Notes under the pieces: model-generated
Database searches by the model: none
What the model was told of the DNA's origin: nothing
The model's input: only the letters and a program-made list of their open reading frames with translations
Shown here: in pieces, positions 1 to 8,600 of the stretch
Numbering within the stretch: position 1 is the first letter of the stretch
Layout of the letters: every line of letters starts with the position of its first letter
Source of the DNA: a virus
Taxonomy: Duplodnaviria > Caudoviricetes
IMG/VR virus record: IMGVR_UViG_3300029319_000206
Span: 1 to 34,732 of that record
Direction: 5' to 3' (one strand)
Length of the DNA stretch: 34,732 bases
Made by a program: the position numbers and the translations under genes

Positions 1-15
1 GCGTTCTCAAACAGA

Positions 16-843
16 ATGCACAACTCATACTCAGTTAAAATTGACGGATCACCAGCAATCGTATGGGGAGTTAACCCTGATAATGGTAAGTTTTTTGTTG
101 GTACGAAGTCCGTATTTAATAAGGTTAGACCAAAGATTAATTATAGTGTAGAGGACATATGCAACAACCACAAAAACTTTGAGTTGCAATCTATTTTAAT
201 ACGTTGTTTCCATTGTTTGCCACGGAAAGAAGAAGTGCCTTTCCAAGTGTTTCAAGGTGATTTTATTGGGTTCGGTGGTTATCGTGATTATAAACCTAAT
301 GCAATTAGTTACACTTTTGACAGAGTGATGCACGGAGGAGTTGTTGTTGCTCCGCACACTTATTACACAGGTGACGTATTCAAGGACATGGAAGCAAAAC
401 CACTTTCTTTTGTTTTATTAAGTGGTCGTGGTGCAGACTTCATTCAACCTGATGCATGGATTACAGACAAAGAAGCATTAATGCCAGTTATGGATATTGA
501 CATGATGATCGGGTTTGCCCGTCAGATGGCAACAATGGTTGATTTTGTTGATGAGAAAGAAGCAATCCAACTTAAGAAAGATTTGAATGCGTATATTAAA
601 GATGGTGATGAAATCGTTGCGGAGGAGTTCGCAAACTATCAGTTGGTTAGGTTGTGGTTGTTGGTTGAGAGCATAAAGACTGAGTTCACAAAACTGATAA
701 GGGATAATTTCAAGTGTGACTGTTGGTTAGGTAATCAATTTGTCATGGGTGAAGGGTATGTAATGGCAGGTCGTCACGGACTTTATAAGTTGGTAGATAG
801 ACCTACGTTTTCTCATTATAACTTCAATATCATTCGTTCGTGA
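16..843 (+). CDS. Phage protein with covalent nucleotidyltransferase (ligase/capping enzyme)-like motifs, probably DUF6267-like; may be 5'-truncated
   Basis: 275-aa ORF. SVKIDGSPAIVWG (KxDG, motif I-like), VFQGDFIGF (III-like), GEGYVM (IV-like) and YKLVDR (V-like) occur in the correct order. The frame is open back to base 1, so the true start may lie upstream. Family name is from memory. Confidence 0.6.
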   Translation: MHNSYSVKIDGSPAIVWGVNPDNGKFFVGTKSVFNKVRPKINYSVEDICNNHKNFELQSILIRCFHCLPRKEEVPFQVFQGDFIGFGGYRDYKPNAISYTFDRVMHGGVVVAPHTYYTGDVFKDMEAKPLSFVLLSGRGADFIQPDAWITDKEALMPVMDIDMMIGFARQMATMVDFVDEKEAIQLKKDLNAYIKDGDEIVAEEFANYQLVRLWLLVESIKTEFTKLIRDNFKCDCWLGNQFVMGEGYVMAGRHGLYKLVDRPTFSHYNFNIIRS

Positions 844-855
844 CACAGCAGTTAT

Positions 856-880
856 GGGGGTTTATACCCCCCGTTTTAAA
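856..880 (+). terminator. Probable Rho-independent terminator
   Basis: Hairpin GGGGGT-TTAT-ACCCCC (856-871) followed by CGTTTTAAA, 12 nt after the stop of ORF 16..843. Confidence 0.6.
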
Positions 881-982
881 ATCGCAATGGGAACCTAACC
901 TACAAAGTGTTACGGAAGCGTGATAAATGTTGCATTTTATATACAAAAATTTTCCCAATAATATATAAACTGAAAAAGAAAA

Positions 983-1171
983 ATGAAATCCATCTACATG
1001 AAAAAAAATCCCGCAGAAATTTTTACCACCATAGAGACTGATCCAAACACTGGGGAATACTATACTATCATACCAGAATGGATAATGAATGACATGAGTT
1101 GGTATGAGGGTACTGAACTTCGATTTAATATTGATACAGAAGAAGTAATCATTACAGAAAAAGATGACTAA
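983..1171 (+). CDS. Small AbrB/MazE/SpoVT-like swapped-hairpin DNA-binding protein (start may be ATG 998)
   Basis: GEYYTIIPEWIMNDMSWYEGTELRFNIDTEEVII fits the AbrB pattern G-x-x-x-x-IP-x-x-I-x-x-x-[LM]-x-W-x-EG-x-x-L-x-F. Confidence 0.6.
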   Translation: MKSIYMKKNPAEIFTTIETDPNTGEYYTIIPEWIMNDMSWYEGTELRFNIDTEEVIITEKDD

Positions 1172-1271
1172 AAAGAAAGAAGAACGTGAGTATGCAAAAG
1201 ACCGTATGGAATACTTTCGAGAGTTTCATCGTGTAATCGCACCAGTAGTTGTTTTAAAGAAAGACAAATGA
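1164..1271 (+). CDS. Small hypothetical protein, 35 aa (MTKKKEEREYAKDRMEYFREFHRVIAPVVVLKKDK); not in ORF track
   Basis: Hand translation. Overlaps the upstream stop by 8 nt and joins the next gene through an ATGA overlap, filling the gap exactly. Confidence 0.6.
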   Translation: MTKKKEEREYAKDRMEYFREFHRVIAPVVVLKKDK

Positions 1272-1444
1272 AAAACTATCACATTTACTTAAACGATAAA
1301 TGCCTGTTTAAAAATTTAAATCAAGAGGAGTTTGATGTAATTTGGGGAAAAATATATTACTCATATTTCAAAGAGGAACTTACATATGTTGAATGTATAG
1401 ATGATGCATGCATACAAGGTAAAGTCGAAGAACACTCTTATTGA
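1268..1444 (+). CDS. Small hypothetical protein, 58 aa (MKNYHIYLNDKCLFKNLNQEEFDVIWGKIYYSYFKEELTYVECIDDACIQGKVEEHSY); not in ORF track
   Basis: Hand translation. ATGA coupling at 1268-1271; shares the LFxNLxxEE[FY] motif with ORF 2234..2398. Confidence 0.7.
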   Translation: MKNYHIYLNDKCLFKNLNQEEFDVIWGKIYYSYFKEELTYVECIDDACIQGKVEEHSY

Positions 1445-1469
1445 CAACGTATAGATAATAGTGTATTAT
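1441..1469 (+). promoter_or_regulatory. Host sigma70-type (early/middle) promoter upstream of the glycosyltransferase
   Basis: Perfect TTGACA at 1441-1446, 17-nt spacer, TATTAT at 1464-1469; further TATAAT copies at 1469-1474 and 1475-1480; ATG at 1492. Confidence 0.7.
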
Positions 1470-1491
1470 ATAATTATAATTGAACATTAGT

Positions 1492-2256
1492 ATGGCAAAA
1501 GGATTTACTGTTAAATCAGCTGCAGCAAAAGCAAAGAAAGAAGCAAAAGCACCAGAATGGGACTACGATAAAGCAAAAAGAATGATAGCAGGTAAGACAG
1601 TTGTATTCTGTCTGCCAGGTCGAGGAGTATCATATACATTTTTAAAGAACTTTGTGACACTATGCTTTGACTTAGTTCAAAGTAAAGCAAGTATTCAAAT
1701 ATCACAAGACTATTCATCAATGGTAAATTTTGCCCGATGTAAGTGTCTTGGTGCAAATGTTCTTCGAGGTCCTGATCAATTACCTTGGGATGGTAAGTTA
1801 AAGTATGACTATCAGTTATGGATTGACTCAGATATCGTTTTTAACGTTGAGAAGTTCTATCAACTTGTTTTGATGGACGAAAAGATTGCGTCTGGTTGGT
1901 ATTGTACAGAAGATGGTAAGACTACATCAGTTGCTCACTGGTTAGATGAAGATGACTTCAAAGGTAACGGTGGAGTGATGAATCATGAAACAATTGATTC
2001 TATTTCAAAAAGACAAAAACCATTCACAGTTGACTATGCAGGTTTCGGATGGTTACTGATTAAGCACGGTGTCTTTGAAGATTCGCAGATGAAGTATCCG
2101 TGGTTTGCTCCGAAGATGCAAGTATTTGAATCTGGTGCTGTACAGGATATGTGTGGAGAAGATGTCTCATTCTGTTTAGACGCAAAAGAGGCAGGTTTCC
2201 GAATTATGTGTGACCCTCGTATTCGTGTAGGACATGAAAAAACAAGAATTATATAA
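1492..2256 (+). CDS. GT-A fold (family 2-like) glycosyltransferase
   Basis: SMVNFARCK (xxARN-like), QLWIDSDIVF (DxD), VDYAGFGWLLIK, YPWF, MCGEDVSFC (GED) and RVGHEK are typical GT-A motifs. ATG 1492 preferred to TTG 1480 because 1480 abuts the promoter -10 region. Confidence 0.8.
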   Translation: MAKGFTVKSAAAKAKKEAKAPEWDYDKAKRMIAGKTVVFCLPGRGVSYTFLKNFVTLCFDLVQSKASIQISQDYSSMVNFARCKCLGANVLRGPDQLPWDGKLKYDYQLWIDSDIVFNVEKFYQLVLMDEKIASGWYCTEDGKTTSVAHWLDEDDFKGNGGVMNHETIDSISKRQKPFTVDYAGFGWLLIKHGVFEDSQMKYPWFAPKMQVFESGAVQDMCGEDVSFCLDAKEAGFRIMCDPRIRVGHEKTRII

Positions 2257-2398
2257 AATTACTCATAAAGGTGAGGTTCTTTTTGAGAATCTGACAGAGG
2301 AGGAGTACATGGATAAGATGCAGGACTTAGCAGATGAATTTTTTGCGAATGGTACACCGCATCCACTCGAACTTAGAACTGAAATTGAGGAAAATTAA
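2234..2398 (+). CDS. Small acidic hypothetical protein, 54 aa (MKKQELYKITHKGEVLFENLTEEEYMDKMQDLADEFFANGTPHPLELRTEIEEN); not in ORF track
   Basis: Hand translation. AGGA immediately upstream, overlaps the GT 3' end, TAATG coupling to the next gene. Confidence 0.7.
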   Translation: MKKQELYKITHKGEVLFENLTEEEYMDKMQDLADEFFANGTPHPLELRTEIEEN

Positions 2399-2535
2399 TG
2401 GCAAAAACGTTTAGTATGGGTAATACAATCGAAACCCGCCCGAAAAAAACTCGTCAAGGAAAGGGAAAACACTCGAAATACTCGGCAACATCCCGTAACT
2501 CGGCTCGTAAAAGATACAAAGGACAAGGAAAATAG
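2398..2535 (+). CDS. Small highly basic protein, 45 aa (MAKTFSMGNTIETRPKKTRQGKGKHSKYSATSRNSARKRYKGQGK); not in ORF track
   Basis: Hand translation. GAGG upstream, TAATG overlap, stop ends 1 nt before the next ATG; KKTRQG...RKRYxGQG resembles a small family I recall from marine phages. Confidence 0.75.
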   Translation: MAKTFSMGNTIETRPKKTRQGKGKHSKYSATSRNSARKRYKGQGK

Positions 2536-2536
2536 A

Positions 2537-3226
2537 ATGTCTACGTTGATTGCGAATCTACCTTCTTACGAAGTATGGGTAAGAAAAGAGTATTTGACCG
2601 ATCATAAGAGTGGTCATGGTGAATTTGTGAAAGGAGTATGGGTTTCTGCGAAGAGTATACCTGGTCGTGCCTTTTATTTTGAGACATATTTGCCCGAATA
2701 TGCTGCAATGTTCGATAAATTACCGATTTCTGCGTTTACAAGTGACCCAGAGACCCCAAAACCTGACATGACACTGCATAATTTACAGTTTTGGAACTGT
2801 ATGGACTATGGAGTTGTTGCAGTTCAGAAACAATTTATTGGAAGTATGCATTATGAGGTCATGACAAGGGATTATGGCAACCAAACTGGCACATATATTT
2901 GCACTTTAGACAATTATCACTCCGATGTAGACGCAATTGACTACTCTACAAGTGAACAACCTGCTGAACATAAGTCTCATAACCTCTTGGAATTGGATAA
3001 TGGACAGTTTTGCCTCTATCCAAACAACAGAATGCGTATCTATGACAACAGTATTACACCAGAAACACCAAAAATGCCCGATTTTAAGGTTTCAACTGTT
3101 TATTATCAGGTAGAAAACGGTCATGACCGTGATGGATTGGGTTCTGAAGAGAATTATTTCTGGAAAACAGCAAAAGAAAGGCAAAAAACAACAGATCGGA
3201 AACCTTTTGAACCAGAATTAGGATAA
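2537..3226 (+). CDS. Conserved phage hypothetical protein (LIANLP...VRKEYL...YPNNR family)
   Basis: 229-aa ORF with normal codon usage and tight packing; motifs WNCMDY, EHKSHN and GQFCLYPNNR; function unknown. Confidence 0.75.
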   Translation: MSTLIANLPSYEVWVRKEYLTDHKSGHGEFVKGVWVSAKSIPGRAFYFETYLPEYAAMFDKLPISAFTSDPETPKPDMTLHNLQFWNCMDYGVVAVQKQFIGSMHYEVMTRDYGNQTGTYICTLDNYHSDVDAIDYSTSEQPAEHKSHNLLELDNGQFCLYPNNRMRIYDNSITPETPKMPDFKVSTVYYQVENGHDRDGLGSEENYFWKTAKERQKTTDRKPFEPELG

Positions 3227-3258
3227 ATAATAACATTCTGTAAAAAGTGTCATAAATA
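3222..3258 (+). promoter_or_regulatory. Tandem T4-type late promoters upstream of gp25
   Basis: ATAAATA at 3223-3229 and 3252-3258 (T4 gp55 consensus TATAAATA) just before the first structural gene. Confidence 0.65.
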
Positions 3259-3279
3259 AAACAGGAAAGTACCTGTAAC

Positions 3280-3681
3280 ATGGCAATAAATCGGATATCA
3301 AGGGCATTTAAGGACATAAGTTTGTCTTTTACCCCTCATCCTGTCACAAAAGACCTTACAATTCTCAAAAATGAGAATGCAATAAAGAAATCTGTAAGGA
3401 ATTTAGTGCAAACAATTCCAACTGAGAGGTTTTTTAACTCTGCATTGGGATCTGAAGTACGTGATAGTCTATTTGACTTTGTTGATTTTGGTACTGCGTC
3501 TGTTATACAGAACCAAATTGAAATTACACTTGAAAATTTTGAACCTAGAATAGATAATGTAGTAGTTGAGGTTGAACCTAGACCAGATTTAAACGAATTT
3601 GAGGTTACAGTGTTCTTTGATATCGTTGGGCAGGAAATTCCTACACAAGAATTCACATTCATACTCGAAGCAACAAGATAA
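3280..3681 (+). CDS. gp25: Baseplate wedge subunit / sheath polymerisation initiator (T4 gp25-like)
   Basis: FKDISLSF..HPVTKDL, AIKKSVRNLV, ERFF...LGS..LFD, FEPRI; 133 aa; directly before gp6. Confidence 0.93.
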   Translation: MAINRISRAFKDISLSFTPHPVTKDLTILKNENAIKKSVRNLVQTIPTERFFNSALGSEVRDSLFDFVDFGTASVIQNQIEITLENFEPRIDNVVVEVEPRPDLNEFEVTVFFDIVGQEIPTQEFTFILEATR

Positions 3682-5604
3682 ATGCCTTTTACTAAGTTTA
3701 CAAACCTCGATTTTGACCAAATCAAGACTTCAATCAAGGATTATATACGTGCAAACTCAGATTTCACTGATTTTGACTTTGAAGGGTCAAATTTTTCAGT
3801 TTTAATCGATACTTTAGCATATAACACATATATTACAGCATTTAACTCAAATATGATTGTAAATGAGTCGTTTTTAGACTCTGCTACAGTGCGTGAAAAC
3901 GTTGTTTCACTTGCCCGAAACGTTGGATATGTACCAAGATCAAGAACTGCTGCTCAAGCTACCATATCTTTTGACGTTACTACAAGTGGAAACACACCAA
4001 CACTGACTTTACAAGCAGGATTAGTTTGTGTAGGCACAAGTAATGATACTTCTTTTGTTTTTTCAATTCCTGAATCAATAACTTCAATTACAAGTCAGTT
4101 AACTGATAGTGCAGGTAATATAATTTCAAGCACATCCTCATTTAATAATATAATTGTATATCAAGGAACTTACTTAACAAAAACCTTTACTGTTGATGGA
4201 TCACTTGATCAAAGATTTATTCTTGAAAACTCATTTATTGATACTTCGACCATAGTTGTTAAGGTGAGTGGTATTTCTGATACTACTGAGAGAGAATATC
4301 GTAAAGTTGATAATATATTAAACATAACTGATACTTCTGAAGTATACTTACTACAAGAAGTAACTGATGAAAGATATGAATTGCTTTTTGGTGACGGAAT
4401 TTTTGGTAAAAAAATAGATAATGATGCTGTAATCACTGTTTCTTACATTGTCACAGATGGTATAGAGGGTAACGGACCATCATCGTTTAGTTATGCAGGT
4501 AGTGTTGTATCATCTTCAAATCAAGTTCAATTACCATCAACGACACCTACTATTACGACTGTCTCATCGGCATCTAATGGAGGCAACATTGAGTCAATTG
4601 ACTCAATTAAGTATTTTGCACCTAGACTCTATTCATCGCAGTACAGGGCAGTTACATCAAGGGATTATGAGTCAATAATTCAAACAATTTATCCAAATAC
4701 TGAATCGGTGTCTGTTGTTGGGGGTGAAGAACTTGATCCACCTGAATTTGGAACAGTATCAATTACAATCAAACCAAAAAATGGTGAATTTGTATCGGAT
4801 TTTGATAAAACACAAATTTTATCAAAGTTAAAAAGTTACTCATTAACAGGTATCAACCAGAAAATCTTAGATCTTAAATTATTATACGTTGAGCTTGATT
4901 CATATGTTTACTATGACCCCTCTAAAGTATCCACAGTATCTAATTTAAAAACTAAAATTATAAATGGATTGACAACTTATGGACAATCAACTGATCTTAA
5001 CAAATTTGGTGGTAGATTTAAATATAGTAAGGTCATAAATGTAATTGATAACATTGATAATGCAATATCATCAAATATAAGTCGTGTTATAATAAGAAGA
5101 AATCTTAAAGCACTTACAAACACATTTGCACAATATGAATTATGTTATGGTAATAGATTTCATATTAATCCTGAAGGAAGAAATATTAAGAGTAGTGGAT
5201 TCACAATCCAAAATCAAAATGATACTTTATACTTTACCGATATACCAAATAAAAATATTAATGGTAGTTTAGATGGAAGTGGGAAGGGAGTTATAGCTGT
5301 TGTTAAGGGTGATGGTACTCAACTTGTAGTTGCATCTGCTGGAATTGTTGATTATGTGCATGGTGAAATAATTTTAAACACAATTAATATAACATCAACT
5401 GAAAAATCAAACAATATTGTTGAAATTCAAGCATTCCCAGAGTCAAATGATATTTTAAGTTTAAAGGACTTATATCTTACATTTGCGGTAGGTAATAGTG
5501 CCATAAATATGGTTAAAGACACTATTACATCTGGTGAACAGATATCTGGTGTTGGATATAAAGTTACTTCAAGTTATTCAAACGGAGCATTGACAAGAGG
5601 ATAA
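3682..5604 (+). CDS. gp6: Baseplate wedge subunit (T4 gp6-like)
   Basis: LDFDQIK...FTDFDFEGS..SVLID.LAYNT, ESFLDSA..RENVVSLARNVGYVPRS, FGDGIFGK, RAVT..DYE; 640 aa. Confidence 0.95.
   Translation: MPFTKFTNLDFDQIKTSIKDYIRANSDFTDFDFEGSNFSVLIDTLAYNTYITAFNSNMIVNESFLDSATVRENVVSLARNVGYVPRSRTAAQATISFDVTTSGNTPTLTLQAGLVCVGTSNDTSFVFSIPESITSITSQLTDSAGNIISSTSSFNNIIVYQGTYLTKTFTVDGSLDQRFILENSFIDTSTIVVKVSGISDTTEREYRKVDNILNITDTSEVYLLQEVTDERYELLFGDGIFGKKIDNDAVITVSYIVTDGIEGNGPSSFSYAGSVVSSSNQVQLPSTTPTITTVSSASNGGNIESIDSIKYFAPRLYSSQYRAVTSRDYESIIQTIYPNTESVSVVGGEELDPPEFGTVSITIKPKNGEFVSDFDKTQILSKLKSYSLTGINQKILDLKLLYVELDSYVYYDPSKVSTVSNLKTKIINGLTTYGQSTDLNKFGGRFKYSKVINVIDNIDNAISSNISRVIIRRNLKALTNTFAQYELCYGNRFHINPEGRNIKSSGFTIQNQNDTLYFTDIPNKNINGSLDGSGKGVIAVVKGDGTQLVVASAGIVDYVHGEIILNTINITSTEKSNNIVEIQAFPESNDILSLKDLYLTFAVGNSAINMVKDTITSGEQISGVGYKVTSSYSNGALTRG
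5502..5509 (+). promoter_or_regulatory. Possible late promoter for gp7 embedded in the gp6 3' end
   Basis: CATAAATA about 100 nt upstream of the gp7 ATG. AT-rich background makes a chance match possible. Confidence 0.45.
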
Positions 5605-5605
5605 T

Positions 5606-8600
5606 ATGATAACAACTGGAATTGATAAGAGAGTCAAAGTCCAACAGATAATTGAAAATCAAATTCCTGAATTTCTACTATCTGAAAGTCCAAAAGCAGT
5701 AGATTTTTTAAAACAGTATTATATCTCTCAAGAATATCAGGGGGGTTCGATTGACCTGACTGATAATTTAGATCAGTACATAAAATTAGATAATTTAACA
5801 CCAGAAGTTGTAGTAGGTGAAACAACACTAACAAGTGGTATTACAACAGTTGCAACTACAGTAAACGTAAGTAGCACCAAGGGTTTTCCTAAAGAATATG
5901 GTCTATTTAAAATTAATGAAGAAATAATTACATATACAGGATTGACCACCAATACATTTACTGGTTGTGTCAGAGGATTTAGTGGTATTACAACTTATCA
6001 TGCAACAAATCAACCTAATGAACTTATATTTACCGACTCAACTGCCACAAATCATGAAACAGATGCAACTGTTATAAATTTAAGTGCACTTTTTCTTAAA
6101 GAATTTTATAAAAAGACAAAATCAACATTAACACCTGGATTAGAAAATGTTGATTTTGTTGATAATTTGGATGTAAGTAATTTTATAAAAAATTCAAAAT
6201 CATTATATCAATCAAAAGGAACTGAGGAATCGTTTAGAATTTTATTCAATATTTTATATAATGAAACACCTAAAGTAATTGATTTAGAAGAATATCTTAT
6301 AAAACCATCATCAGCAGAGTATATTAGAAGAGAGATAGTTCTTGCAGAAGCTATAGTAGGTGATCCTACAAAACTTCTTGGACAAACAATTATAAAATCT
6401 ACTGATATTAATACAAGAGCTCCAATTGCAGCATCTGTATCAGAAATACAACCTTTTACTAGGAGGGGAAAAACATATTATAAATTAGGTTTATTTGTAG
6501 GTTTTAATGATAGAGATCTTATAGAAGGAACTTTCACAATACCAGGAATTACAAAATCAATAACTGATGTTTCTATAGGTTCAAGTGTTATAACAGTTGA
6601 TTCCACAGTCGGTTTTGCAGCGACGGGATTTGTAGTATCAGGAATAAACACAAACATTTACTATGGTAGTAAATCTATTAATCAATTTTTTGACTGTGAA
6701 AATATTATATCACCAATCTCAACAACAGATGATATTAGAGCTGATGTATTTTATTATGGATATGAAGATGCAGATTTGACTAAAAAAGTAGAGTTAAGAT
6801 TAACTGGCGTACTGTCAGAGTTTGAACCGACATCTGATATTAGATTATTAACTGAAGGTGAAAAGATAACAGTTAAAAATGTTGGTGAAAAGATAACTGA
6901 TCCACTTTTAAACAAATCTAGAAAACAAATATTTGCAAATTCATGGATTTACAATACATCTTCAAGATTTCAAGTTAGTAGTATAAGTGGAAATAATTTT
7001 GTATTATTTACAAGAGATATTGACAAGTCAAGTATCAAAGTTGGTGACGCAGTTCAAATACTTTTTAGAAATGAAGAAAATATAGCAGGAACAGGAGTTG
7101 TAAAAAGTGTTAGTCCATCAACAAGAACAATTGATTTAGATCCTTTAAGTAGTGTAAGTGGTGGATCATTTAGTGTAGATCCAAATAGAGACTATGATAT
7201 TAGAAGATCTATAAAAACAGCAAGTAGTTCTACAGTTGATATTGAGTTTGGAAATAACGTATTAACAGCAGATACAACTAACGTCTATAATCAATTAGAT
7301 GAAAACATGTATGTTGCGTCTAATTCATTACCATCCTATACAATTACTGCATCTATACCTCAATCGATTATACCAAATGCAACTGGAAATATTGATTTGC
7401 AAGGATATAATCCTAGTACATTAAAATATAGTGTAATATCTTTTTCTTCAAATGTTAATTTCATAACTGGTGATGAAATTACATATACTGCTCAAGGAAC
7501 TTTGATTCCAGGTTTGATTGAGGGATCATATTTTGTAGAAGTTCTAAGTGCTAAAAATCAAATTCGTTTGTATAAATCTAGATCATTTATTCCAATAGGA
7601 GATTTTGAAGAGTTTGAATCTTTACCTTTAAATACAGGAACACATACCTTTTCATTAATTGGTACTGTAAATCAGAAAATAGGTGCTCAAAGAATTTTAA
7701 GAGAGTTTCCTTTAAAACCAAATATCGTAAGTTCTAGTAATGAAAAAACTTTACCAGGAACAACTGGATTACTAATTAATGGTGTTGAAATATTAAATTA
7801 TAAATCTAATGATAAAATATATTTTGGACCATTAGAAAGTATTAAAGTATTAAATGGTGGTTCAAATTATGATGTTTTAGTGCCTCCAACATTTGAAGTA
7901 TCCTCACCATCTTCTGGAGGAACAAGGGCATTAGTTCAACCTGTTGTTGTTGGAGAAGTAACTGACATTCAAATTGATCCACAGGATTTTGATATACAAA
8001 AAGTTTTGTCAGTTACTATTGAGGGTGGAAATGGATCTGGTGCAGTATTTGAACCAATATTATCAAAAAGAAAAAGAGAAATAACTTTCGATGGGAGATT
8101 AATTTCTCAATCTGGTGGTATTGATAACGTTAACGAAACTTTAACATTTTTATCTGATCATCATATATCAAGTGGATTGCCATTAATTTACGATAAAAAT
8201 GGTAATAATCCTCTAGGTGTAAGCACAGTTGGAAATGATGGAACATCGGTTGTTGGACTTGGAACAACAACTTTAGTAGATAGTGCAACATACTATCCTT
8301 TAGTTGTTAATGCAAATACTATAAAGTTATTTCAGAATATTAATGACTATAATAGTGGAATTAATACTGTTGGTTTTACTACTTTTAATAAAGATGGAGT
8401 TCATAAATTTAAATTATTTAAAGAAGAAAATACACTTAAAGATATTAAAATATTAGAAGGTGGTAGTAATTATCAAAATAGACAATTATTTGTAAAACCA
8501 ATAGGAATTAATACAAGTAATCATACAATTAACTTTAATAATCATGGTTTTTCAACTGGTGATAAAATAGTTTATTCCAATAATGTTGGATTAGGATCAA

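Noticed and set aside
922-970. Late promoter-like GATAAATG and TATAAAC upstream of the AbrB-like gene
   Set aside because: Both mismatch the ATAAATA core seen at the convincing sites, and the region is AT-rich enough for chance matches.
1480-1491. TTG start at 1480 for the glycosyltransferase, as in the ORF track
   Set aside because: It falls at or immediately after the predicted transcription start; ATG 1492 (MAKGF) is more plausible.
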